The notes under the pieces were generated by a model that was not told the origin of the DNA, did no database searches, and worked only from the letters and a program-made list of their open reading frames with translations. The translations under genes were made by a program, and so were the position numbers. A stretch of DNA of 63,973 nucleotides, counting the filler, from Reticulomyxa filosa (taxonomy: Eukaryota > Protista > Foraminifera), in assembly GCA_000512085.1 (NCBI GenBank). It is 14 parts of 14 records of this genome, joined end to end, with 100 filler letters (N's around TTAATTAATTAA, not from the genome) between each part and the next. Parts side by side here need not be neighbours in the genome. Positions count along the whole stretch, not along the records: positions 50,931 to 55,137 come from ASPP01009745.1; positions 55,238 to 59,393 come from ASPP01007900.1; positions 59,494 to 62,810 come from ASPP01005982.1; positions 62,911 to 63,973 come from ASPP01024075.1; 10 more parts are not named here. The stretch is one strand, 5' to 3'. This document shows, in pieces, positions 52,135 through 63,939 of the stretch; position 1 is the stretch's first letter, and each line of letters starts with the position of its first letter.

Positions 52135-54042
52135 ATGAACAACCCAAAACAAGGGGACGATGAAAAGGATGAAGCAAGTGCTATCACAAAAGCAAATGAA
52201 AGTAACACCAACAACGTGACAGACATGTCGTCAAGAACGCAGCCAATCTCAGCGAAAGTGTGGTGTTGTCAGATATGTACATTTGCGGAGAACCCATACA
52301 CAGTACCAGTTTGTATTGTTTGTGGTGCACTGCCAACGCGAACAAATCCGACAATAGTAGAAATGCCAGAATTTTTAGTTAATTCATTGAACAAGCTATT
52401 CAGCACAAAAACTAATCCTTGTTTTTTTTGTTTTTTTTAAATAAATAAATTTTTTTAAAAAAAAAACCCTAAAACAATGGACCCTTGACAAAAGTCAAAC
52501 GATGATCTACCATCAATTGACGACACACCAATATTGCGTGAGGAAAGCAACATTGATGACATATTTGAGCCAAATTTTTTAAGACAGGCAACAGTGGATG
52601 TATACCAAATGTTGGAAAACAAGTTACAAAAAGCAGTAGTTGAAAAGCAAGAACGAGAATCAGCTTTGGAAGCAACGTTGGTTTGTTAACTTCTTTTGTT
52701 TTTTTTTTTTTTTGCTTATGTGAATACGTATGTATATGAACATGTACAAATACATATTTTCAATGGATGTTGCGTGTATGTATATATAGTGTATACGTAT
52801 GTTTAAATACATTAAATGTTGTATGTAATCTTTCTTTTGTGTATTACTTTGGAATCAGAAAAAAGACGAAAAGGATGAGAAAAAAAAAGAGCAACAGACA
52901 GACAAAGACAAAACGGAAAAGAATGCAGTGTTTGTGGTGGAGGACATCAGTGAAGTGGACCATTCAAAAATAACGCAAGAGTTATCGAAAATCGATAACA
53001 AAGAGGGATTGATTAATCACTTGCGTGCAAGTTGCCAAAGGGTGGAAACGAGACTGGCCCATCACGAAGAACAAGTCACACGCCTTCGCAAGGAACTGAT
53101 CGAAATTGCGCTGCAGTATCGTGAAGACAAAGCGCTGTGGAAGCGATACGCAGTACTTGAGTTGCAAGAAACATGCGAGTTGTTTTATAAAGCCCAAATG
53201 CGATACTATCATACATTGATTGATGTGGAAATAAAATACGCGGAAACGTGCTCGGTCAAATCTGGAAAATTGCGCAAATCCGAAACGCAAATCTCCGAAC
53301 ATTACACGGCGTGGTCTTTGGAAGATGTTCAATTGTCGGTTGCACAAGCAATTGAAGTCGCTTATAGCATTCGCTTGTCGAAAGAAACAATCGATAAACA
53401 AGCACAGTTGAAACTCCTTCAAAGTGAATTTGAAAAGTTTCTTCAAGAATACGATATTTTGAAACAGCAATTTGGAATGAGTCATGTCGATATGCATCAA
53501 CGCACTCGTGAAGTAATCAATTATTTGACCGATATTATCACTGCAAAAAGAAATTATGACAGTCACAATACTCAAAACTCCCAAGCGGGTGGCGATCGAT
53601 TAGGAGATATGGACGCTTTTGTGCAGAATGTCCTGGATGAAAAAAACGACGGCGAGTGCAAGCATTCATTCTGGATGAAAGAGCGAAGGAAGGAATTTTA
53701 TGCAAAAAATTTGTTGAGAAACTCGCCAAAAATATGAAAAATATTTCTTTGGAAGAAATTTTTGAATTTATTGAAGAGTTACTTCAACATTTCTCCAACG
53801 AATCTTTTCATATTTCCAAAGCTTTTCCTGACAAAGATTTAACTGAAGTTCAATTGTTGGTTAAAGTGTTAATTTACACTTGCATATTTGCTTATGTTCC
53901 TGTTGTCCGGGATGCCCTAAATCTCTGTCTTAATGCCGATCGAGGAAAACAAGAATACAAACAATTGAAAAAAGTTAAAAAATATGCCTATTTTATTAGC
54001 AAAATCGATAAACATGTGATTTCGGCAAACCCAGCTGATTAA
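52135..54042 (+). CDS. RanBP2/NZF-type zinc-finger plus coiled-coil protein, spliced
   Basis: 'WCCQICTFAENPYTVPVCIVC' matches W-x-C-x2-C-TF..N..C-x2-C. Long helical exon 52860-54042 with one frameshift near 53700. Confidence 0.6.
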
Positions 54043-54594
54043 GGATACACTTGTTTCGTTTTCTTTGGCTGTTCTCTTATTGTCCAACTTTGAGAATTTT
54101 TGCATACATTTCGATATATCTCAGACTTACTTTAATATTCGACAATTTAACTATACATTTTTATTACGAAAATAAGATTAAAATCAACAAAAGGATTGGT
54201 GCATTACTATTCAGCAAAAAAAAGAAAATTAGAAAAATTATTGACACTTTTTAATATTAAAAAAATGTAATGTTGCGGTAATCAAAGAAAATGAGACGAA
54301 AAAAACAATGACATTGACAAAATCATGGAAATTAAACAATACATTGACACAAAGTGTAATTGTTAAAAAAATCCAAAAAAAGTATATCATAATAAACTTA
54401 GACAATGTAAAATAAACAAATAGTAAAAATAAAAGCTAAAAACTTTCAAAAATAAAAAAAATTACAAAATTAAAGTAAAATATAAATGTTGTAGAAAATG
54501 ATAAAAATGTTTGTAATTGACAAAAAATTGTAGAAAAATAAAATGCACTTTGAAACATTTTGAAAATTCTTATATGTTTTTAAAAATTTGAAAA

Positions 54595-54650
54595 AATGTT
54601 GATTTTTCACTTAGAAAATCGATCATCTTCATAATGTGTCATTTTTGTGG
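54595..54650 (-). mobile_element. Dispersed repeat copy B, partial and diverged
   Basis: 'AATGTTGATTTTTCACTTAGAAAATCGATCATCTTCATAAT' versus 59663-59703. Confidence 0.5.
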
Positions 54651-55096
54651 TAATATGTATAATGTTGATATTTTTACACCCTTTTTTTCTTCAGACCAAA
54701 CAATATCAAGTTGATGCCCTTTTTGTTGTTTATGAGTAATGATTGTGACACTAAGTATTTGCGTCAAATGTCTATTTGTATTTCATCTTTTTCACTACAA
54801 ACAAAGTCCATATACATGTCACAAAAGATCATTGTAATAAGTCCATAATGTCTGCAACAAATATCTTTGGCGAATTAAAAATAAATTTGATGAATGGTTT
54901 GACAGTCTTATGTTTTTTTAGTTGATATATAATAATTCAATATATTTAATATAATTACATTATGTTAGTTTTCTACATTATTACAAACACTAATATTAGT
55001 CCTTTTCTTTATTATAATCTTACAATATTGCTAAATTGAAATTTTTTAACTACGTATATATTGATTGTACTAATACTTTACACCAAAATACCTTCA

Positions 55097-55137
55097 TACA
55101 GTAAGTTGCAAAGAAAACTGAACGCCTAAAACATATC
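55097..55137 (+). mobile_element. Dispersed repeat copy C, TA|CAGT terminus, cut by the contig end
   Basis: TACAGTAAGTTGCAAAGAAAACTGAACGCCTAAAACATAT is the reverse complement of 59704-59742 except for one homopolymer base. Confidence 0.75.
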
Positions 55138-55270
55138 NNNNNNNNNNNNNNNNNNNNNNNNNNNNNNNNNNNNNNNNNNNNTTAATTAATTAANNNNNNN
55201 NNNNNNNNNNNNNNNNNNNNNNNNNNNNNNNNNNNNNTTATTATTATTATTGAAAGTACTTGTTTATTAA

Positions 55271-56438
55271 ATGCAAACACATAGCAAAGATGACAAAAAC
55301 TTAAAAACTCGGGCCATTGAATACCGTCAATTGCTGAATGGAGAAAACACAAACGAAGGCGAGTTGGCTGCGTTCATTGCCTACGCCAATGCATTTCCGA
55401 AGAATTTCCTCGCATTGATCGATACGTACAACACTTTGGAAAGCGGATTGGTCAACTTTATGTGTGTTGCTTTGGCACTTCACGAGGCCAACTGTCCCCC
55501 TATCGGAATACGTTTGGACAGCGGAGACTTGTCCTACTTGTCCAAAAAATGCCGGCAATATTTCCAAGATGTGAGCAAGCAGTTTCAAGTCCCTTTGGCA
55601 GATTTGACCATTGTTGCCAGTAATGACATCAACGAAGAAATACTTTACTCACTTAAAGTTTCGTTGAATGTTTGTTCTTTATATATATATTTATATACAT
55701 AACGTATACATTTATTTATTTATTTATATGTAATATGCACATATGTGCAATTAAACAAAACAAAAATCAGCAACAAGGCCATGAAATAGACGCCTTTGGG
55801 ATTGGCACCAACTTGGTAACATGCCAAAAACAACCAGCCTTAGGCTGTGTATATAAACTCGTGGCAATAGAGGGCTCGCCTCGCATAAAAATATCCGAGG
55901 ATATTTCGAAAATGACAATCCCTGGCACAAAGTCCATTTATCGCTTGTACATTCGCAACAATGAGCCTCTGGTCGATCTGCTTGTGTTGGACGAGGAAAT
56001 CGAGGACTCGATCACTGAAAAAAAAAAGTCGCGCTCTTATTTGGAACCCAAACAAGTGGTTCGCTGTTATCACCCTTACAATGACTTGAGACGAGTGGAT
56101 GTAGTACCCGATCGCATTGAAGCATTGCTTGTCAAAGTTTTGTTTTCCATTGTTCTTATTTGCTGTCATTTATTATATCTATTTAGACATTGCTTATCTT
56201 CTTCACGCTCGTTTTTTTGATTCTTTGGTTCTTCCAGGTCTGGGATGGAAAGTTAGTGGCCAAGCCTCCTTCGCTCAAAGAAAATAGAGAATACTGTATG
56301 GAACGTGTACGCATGTTGCGCGGTGATTACAAGAGAGTCGTCAATCCTACTCCCTACAAAGTGTCTCTGTCCAAGAAATTGAAAGATACTATGAAAGATT
56401 TGATCGAAAAGGAAACTCCTGTTCGAACTATACAATAG
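55271..56438 (+). CDS. NAPRT: Nicotinate phosphoribosyltransferase, last three exons
   Basis: 'GELAAFIAYA', 'FLALIDTYNTL.SG', 'GIRLDSGDL', 'IVASNDINE', 'AFGIGTNLVTC', 'ALGCVYKLV', 'NPTPYKVSLS'. Confidence 0.93.
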
Positions 56439-56773
56439 GCAAAAACAAAAGAAAATCGTGTGTGTCAATGGATTATATAATTTTTTTAACATTTTTTTCT
56501 GATGAACTTTACTCGATTTCTTAGACTGTCTTCTTTTTTTCAGTTCGCTGCTTACAGAAGTGCATTGTTTTTTTCCTCCAAAAAAAACTTCACAATATTC
56601 ACTTTTCGAGAGATTTAAGCTGCTCAACTCTTAGAAATCGGCCCACTTTTTAACAAGTGCAAATATTTGACATTTAATACTGATCCATTTTTACAACAAA
56701 ATGCATACGTCAATCAAATGAGATCTCAAAGGGTAAATAACGCGTGCGTTTTTTTAAATGGGGATTAAAAAGA

Positions 56774-59131
56774 ATGACTGAACGCGAAGAGTCTCCACTC
56801 TCCCCATTAGTTAACGTTGCTACGCCAAATGCTCTGCTAGAAAATGTGTCATTTCCTGAATTAGAAGCTGGCTCTTTTTCGACAGAAACAAAAGATGACG
56901 AGTGGAGGAGTATTTTGCAAGACCCAAATAAACCTGTTTGTCTGCACTTGGCACAAACATTTGCACAGTGTTGAAAGTATAAAAAACCGACAAAAACATT
57001 TGATGTTTCAAACAAAACAAAAGGTGGCCGAATTAATTCCCTATTTGGAAAGCTTTTCTCATCAAAATCATGAATTAAATAGAGAAGTGGAAAAGTTGAA
57101 ACAGCAACTGCGTGAGATGAAATACAAACACAGAGATTCAACAGCCGTCTTGCAAAAAAAGATGCTCAAAAGACTCCTTGAAGCCGAAGAAAAGCACGAA
57201 AATGATGTTTGCTCGACTTTTTTTTTTTAAAAAAAAAAGGATCAGTCATCACATAAACAAAGAATAAATAAGCCCAAATCTAAACAAACACAGGTCGCGG
57301 ACAAGGTTAAGGCAGTATCAGAATTAGAAAAAAAAATACAGAATTATGAAGAGGTGAACAGAGAAACAGATGCAAACGATACTTTGCAAAAGTTTCTAAC
57401 AAAAGAGAATCAATATACAGAAAAAGTATGCATTTTTTTTTTTTTTTTTAAAAAAAAAAAAAGTAAATAAATAATATTAATATATATGTATATATATATT
57501 AATATTATTTATTTAGTTTTTCAAACAAATGAATAGATTACACAATTGGAACAAACGAATAAACGGTTGGAAGACGAATTAAAAGCGGAGCGAATAAAGG
57601 CAGAAGACGACGATCGCGAACGACGCAAGTCGGTGGTGACGTTGCACAATCGCATGTTCAAACGATTTTTGGACGCGGAAGAGGAAAGCGAAAGCATGAT
57701 CATCGCGTTAAAAGAGCGGGTGCAACTTTTGGAAAGAGAGCTGTATGCAGCTCGGTTCAAAACGGAAGAAATCGACAAAAAAAGGAGGGAGTCCATCTCT
57801 GCGTTGCACTCCAATATGTTCAAACAATTGCTCGATGCCGAAGCCGACCACGACCAAACTACCAAAAATTTTATTCTTCAAATTCAACAATTGAGACTCC
57901 AAATCAAAGCTTTGGAAATAGAAAATTCGCAATTGAAAAAAGCTTTCCTCGTTGCACTCGGATGCATCTACTATTACTATGGTTTTTTTTTTTTTTTTTT
58001 GATACGTACACATACAAATTGAAAATGTGTAACACATGTGCAAACAGAATAAACAAGAAGGAGAAGAAAATAAAAAAAACTCCAAGGAAAGTCAGAGCCA
58101 AGAAACACAAAGTGAGGTTTTTAATGCTTACTTTTTTTAATGTGAATATATATGTGTATATATATATATATATAGGCATATATGTACATATGTATATATG
58201 TATACGTATTGTTTGCAACTACCGAAATAAAAAAAGATGCGATGATATATTACAAACAAGCATACGAAATGGAAAAAATGAAAACACAGTACTTGCAAAA
58301 TCAGCTGAAAAATAACCATATCACATTGCGAGATATGGACTTGGGATTTGATCCGACGGGGAATCCTAATGCGGTTGTTTCGGCTTCGGCTTCTCCTCTT
58401 CCTCCTCCTCCTCCGTCCAATGATCTCGTGGAGGCAGAAATAGAAACAGAAACAGAGATAGAGATCGCTCAAAAATATGAAGTCCAATTAAAAGAGATGA
58501 GCGAAACCATAAAACGTCTGGAGGAAGAAAAAAAAAGCTTGAACGTGCAACTGCATGCGGAAGAACGCAGGCGTAAAAGCTCAAACGTCGAAGTTTCCAT
58601 GTCAATGTTTCAAAAAATGTTTTGCTTGAGCAAGAAAAAGAGGCTGAGAAATTGAAATATGAACAACAGATCAAAGAATTGAAACAGCAAGTAGAAGAGA
58701 CAACGAGCGGAGGGGTTCGTCGTGCCAGTGAAATTCATCACTCCATGTTTTCCTCTTTGCTTGAGGCTGAACGCGACTATGAACATGACAGAACGGAATG
58801 GACACATAAAGAACTGCAAATGAAACATGAAATGGCAAGTCTCACTGAAGAATTGAACAAGATGAAAGACGCTGCTGCAAACAATGACAAGACGCTTCGA
58901 CAATCCATTGCTAAGCTGCAAGATGACACGTGGAAACATTTAGTTGAAGTTGATGAAGGAAATAAACAGCTTATACACAAAATACAGCTTCAAAATCAAC
59001 AATATCAACACGAACTTACTCAACTCAAGGCCCAAATTATCCATTTGGAAACTTCCAAATTGGCCACAATTGACCAATGTAATCAACAAATAAATTTGTT
59101 GCGCGATGCAGTACGTGTTATGAATCAATAG
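56774..59131 (+). CDS. Multi-exon coiled-coil protein with 5-6 internal RRxS...MF..LL(D/E)AE repeats
   Basis: ORFs 56744-56974, 56895-57230, 57546-58022, 58182-58655 and 58622-59131 are linked by GT-AG introns and one T-run frameshift near 58620. Confidence 0.7.
57464..57515. repeat. Perfect intronic hairpin: 24-bp arms, 4-nt loop
   Basis: 57464-57487 TAAATAAATAATATTAATATATAT is the exact reverse complement of 57492-57515. Confidence 0.9.
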
Positions 59132-59493
59132 TAAAGTGTTTTTTTTAGAGACTCTTCTGTCCATTTTTTATCACGTTTCTATTTTTACACTTCATTTTGT
59201 GTAACTTTTTCAAATAATCAAGTGTTTGAACCTTTTTTTAAATGGCATTGTTTCTGAGAGTCTCTTTTTCTATCAAAAGTGTAATTCTTTATGCTTAAGA
59301 AAAAAGACAAAAAAAATCTGTCATATACAACTTTTTTTAAGGATAAGAAGTGGTCAGTATATTAATCACGTTTTTGGTAATTGTTGACCGCAANNNNNNN
59401 NNNNNNNNNNNNNNNNNNNNNNNNNNNNNNNNNNNNNTTAATTAATTAANNNNNNNNNNNNNNNNNNNNNNNNNNNNNNNNNNNNNNNNNNNN

Positions 59494-59742
59494 ATTTCTT
59501 AATTTTAATAAAAGTGCAAATGATACACATTATCGCAAAATTTTCAAAAATCATTTGAAAGAATGTTGATTTCATCCTGCAAAAAAAAAACTTATTAAAA
59601 AATCAATATCATATTTAAAAACTACAAGACTTGTAGATATTTTTTTAAAAAAATTATGTCTAAATGTTGATTTTTCATGGAGAAAATCAATTATCATCAT
59701 AATATATGTTTAGGCGTTCAGTTTTCTTTGCAACTTACTGTA
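59494..59742 (-). mobile_element. Dispersed repeat copy D, terminus ...ACTG|TA, starts at the contig edge
   Basis: Shares blocks with copies A, B, C and E. Confidence 0.7.
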
Positions 59743-61053
59743 GATCATATCGATACAAAGGAATTTTAGCAAATTGAAGATATGTTTCATTTATATACGT
59801 CGCCTTATTATCATGATCATGCATTGGAAGACTATTAGACAAAATCGTTCTTTGTGGCTTCCACAAATGCAGTAATATTCGAAGAATTGGACATAGACAG
59901 AACGTTGTTTAGTTAGATAATGCAAACGCGTATAAGCAGGTCTGACAACTGCATGTATATCGACGAAGAAAAACAAAATATTATAACTTGTACAAATGAT
60001 TGCAGACACGACATCATATATTTCTATTAGACAAGAAAAAATAATTTATTCAATATATAGTCTATCTTTGGATCATCGAATAATATAAATAAATCAATAA
60101 TGGATTTACTACAATAATGTAGATAACATACATATTATGTCAATATGCATAGTCGCAGCAATAATACATATGCTACTTCATGATATGAAGTTTTACATTC
60201 AAAGTTGTTAGCTAACAGACAACGTAATAAATCGTGGACTGGATGCATTATCAAGTATGATTAACATGTAGTTACATTTAATCGTTATTGAATTCGCAAC
60301 TAGATAAACCAAAATATATACTCTGATCTGACGCGAAGATTTGTAAAACTATATCACTGCGACATCTTTTAACTGTGATATGTTCGACTACTCATTTAAG
60401 TACATAATTAGTCAGACAACAGCGACTACAGTTTCGATCACTTTACACGATGATTAAATCGAAAGTATTTAGTTATTTGTTATGACGAATTGAAGAATAT
60501 TCACAAAGCTTACACAAAATAAAATAAAAAAGCAAATCTAGAAAAATATGCAAAGTAAATAATAATGTGAAAATACTTACAACACATGATACAAAAGGCA
60601 ATTTTTCCAAATGATGCAAGAATATTACTAAATATTGTCTAATTTATTGTCCAAACTTAAAGAATATAGTTTAGAATGCAATATAATATAATTGTAAATT
60701 TTGTTAAGTGAAAATGTATCGTAACAGATTGCAGTTAGGTAAGACTTTGTCAGTTAAAATTGTGTAAGTGATCGAGCAAATACCTTTAAAAATTACTAAA
60801 CAGCTTTAAAAGATAATGTCAAATTCAAAAGATCAAATCTTGGTTAAGTTGCATTCAAAAGACTCTAGTTATGTGTATAATATACGTATATATTTGTTGT
60901 AATATGAAAAAACAAGAACAAATTAGCCAAATGTTGTCATGACTTGAAACCGAAGATCAAATTTTAAAAGCAAAGTGTTGCTGTCATTGACAGATGAATT
61001 GAAAAATCAAAGGTAAGACTTCGTTGTATAGCAAACATGCACTACGACTGTAA

Positions 61054-61407
61054 ATCGATCATCTATGTCGCGGCAAAGAAAATTTCAATGAAAAAGATAT
61101 TGCAACGAACAAAGACAGTCAAGCACAAAATGAAAAAGCAAATGTAAATGAAAATACCAATACATGTATAAATGCAAGTGCAAGCACAAGTTCAAGTATA
61201 AGTACAAGTAACTCGCATATTCAGATCAAATCCGAGCTTGATCTTGACAATTGTACCGAAAAAGCAATAAAATTCAAGAATTCCTTTCGCCAAATGGAAA
61301 TATTTTATCAATGCAATACCATTGAATCTGCTTTGGCGTCCGATCTATCGCAAGTCCAGCAATTGCTTCTTTATTTCTCAATATTTTATCACGCTTTCGA
61401 ATATTGA
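61054..61407 (+). pseudogene. Stop-to-stop open frame of 117 codons in a degenerate region
   Basis: Reads 'IDHLCRGKENFNEKDIATNKDSQAQNEKANVNENT...QIKSELDLD...'. Flanked by broken frames. Confidence 0.3.
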
Positions 61408-61756
61408 CTAGTGTCAAAACAGCATCACACAATTGCATACTTTTTTTCCAATCAAACTATGCATAGCTAAAGAAAACAAGTAAAGCTCAAATGGCAAGAG
61501 CGGAAGCTATATTGGTGATAGCATCGCAATCTATATAAAAAAAGTTCGAACATGAATTAAACGGACGAAATTGACAGCATTCCTAGCTAAAAAAGTACTT
61601 CATTCTAATAAATTATATAATTATGCAATGCTTGCTCTAGTTAAGTACCTATAATATAAAAATCAATTTTCACATTATATGCGATTATTGTCATGTGCAA
61701 TAATGATTACCTTACATTGAATCAAAGTTCACAAAATTCCGCTTTGTTGATAGTAG

Positions 61757-61895
61757 TACAGTAAAATAAAAAGAAAGTTGAAACATGAAACGTCACTTTA
61801 TAAAGACAATTGATTTTATCCACGATAAAGTAATATCTAATTAATCTTTAAATAAATAAAAATAGTGTAGTTTTTAAATATCGTTTTGATTTTTT
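61757..61895 (+). mobile_element. Dispersed repeat copy E, diverged, TA|CAGT terminus
   Basis: 'TACAGTAA..AAAGAAA..TGAA', 'AATTGATTTT.TCCA.GA' and 'TGTAGTTTTTAAATAT...TTGATTTTTT' match the reverse complement of copy D. Confidence 0.6.
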
Positions 61896-62327
61896 TTTAT
61901 CTTTCAAAGACTAAATCTTTCATTTTATGGCAAATTTTCTTTTATTTTAATGTACTTTGCAAATAAAAATATTTTTAAAATGTTCAAAGAGCAAAAAACC
62001 TGACTAAAAACCAATAAAAATCCAAATTTTTGAAAAATCATTAAAATTAAGTGAAATCAAAACAATATTTAATATGGCACGAAATATACCTTAATTTTTC
62101 TTTTTTACCTGCTATCACATTTCACATACAAAGTGTTATCAACGTTGCTACAATAATCGACAATTGATGAAGTTTACCTTATTTACACAAGCTGAAAGGT
62201 GCCAGTTTTTGGACTTCTCCAGAGTTTATGTTCCACAGTTGCGTTGACGGAAGAAGTTGTGCGTTGGAAAAGGGGAAACATTTATATATAATTTGGTATT
62301 AAGTAATATTTTTGCGTTGGCAATTGA

Positions 62328-62771
62328 ATGTCACTTCAAACGTCCACAATACCTGAGTCTGCACAAGAAAATGAAGCAGAGGAAGAAGATAACCAAAGCG
62401 TAGTGGAAACAAGTCCAACAGGGACATTTGTAGACCTTGGAAACAGAGACAATTTGCCACCAAAACTGTTAATAGCAAATGAAGACGACGAGACAATAGA
62501 CCACGAGGAGAATTTGAACAGCAAAAGGATTTCGGTGATAAGCAATCATTCTCTGTTGCAGCCGAATGAATTTACCGAAACGGAAGCATTGGGTAACATC
62601 AGCACACCACACCACGATCACGATCATGGTCATGACCATCATCACGATCATGACCATCATCACGATCATGATCATCACCACCATCACCATCGAGTACCAA
62701 CAGTTTTGCCAAAAGAGAAGAAAAAAAAAAAGTCCTCACTAATTTGCTTCGTTTGTCGATACTCTGTTTGA
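62328..62771 (+). CDS. First exon of a protein with an acidic N-terminus and a His/Asp repeat
   Basis: ATG-initiated ORF containing 'HHDHDHGHDHHHDHDHHHDHDHHHHHH'. The contig ends in a T-run, probably intronic. Confidence 0.45.
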   Translation: MSLQTSTIPESAQENEAEEEDNQSVVETSPTGTFVDLGNRDNLPPKLLIANEDDETIDHEENLNSKRISVISNHSLLQPNEFTETEALGNISTPHHDHDHGHDHHHDHDHHHDHDHHHHHHRVPTVLPKEKKKKKSSLICFVCRYSV

Positions 62772-62772
62772 A

Positions 62773-62810
<38 letters not shown>

Positions 62811-63939
62811 NNNNNNNNNNNNNNNNNNNNNNNNNNNNNNNNNNNNNNNNNNNNTTAATTAATTAANNNNNNNNNNNNNNNNNNNNNNNNNNNNNNNNNN
62901 NNNNNNNNNNTTTCAGTTTCCCTTTTAGTTTGCTTGGACATGTTGTTAATGTTTAGGAAGTTTTTAAGTTTTTTTATATAAAAAAAAGGGGCTGTGACCT
63001 AACCCTTTTTGAAAAAACAAAAATATTTTACATTGGTATTTTTTATTTGGTTAAACATAATTTGGACAATGAAAATTAAAATATTAAAAGGCATGAAAGG
63101 TTAAATTATTTGTATCGAGAGCTTTGAATGAAAAAATAATATAATTGTTATCGTGGCAGTCTTGAAATGAAAGTAAAACTTTTTTGTAAAGTTATGCAAC
63201 TTGTAATCTCTGTTCAATCAACATTTTACAAAAAAAATAAATGATTACGTATGTGGCCCGTACATCCATAGATCGTTTATAGGTTTTTTTTATGAATCAA
63301 ACAAATCGGATTAAATTATGTCTCTTTCAACAAAGTTGTACCCTACATTCCAATGCATTCAAGAAACATTGTATATTTGTCATTCTTTGGGAGGAAATAT
63401 GCAAAAACAATTTGAAAACGTTTAGAATAGTATTTTAAAAAAATTAAAACACATTCATTTTTTTTTCTGCATTTGGGAAAATGCCAGCTTTTTGACATAC
63501 CAACAAAATTACTTGTGATGATAGATCCTTAGAACAAGGATTTTAAATTATACAAATGTATACAATTGAAATCAGTTCAAAACTGATGTTACAAGCAAAA
63601 TCCAAATATTATAATTTAATCAAATTTCCAATTTTGATCATATTGTCTATGTCAAACTGTCAAACTTCATAGGAAAAAAAAGTATATCTATTTTACAAAA
63701 AAATATCAAACTTAACATATTAGAGATAGGATCTAAGCACTGTAATTCGTTAAATTTCCAATCACTTTAAATATGAGCCAGACAGCTTTTTCAATTGTTA
63801 TTGAATAATCAATCAAAAATCAATTGACGTAAAATATCCTTCTTTGTATTGTTTGCAGTGTAAAAGCAAAACAAATTTTTATTCAAAACAAATTTTTCCA
63901 ACTAAATCAAACAATAATCTATTCAAAAAATCGTGTTAT

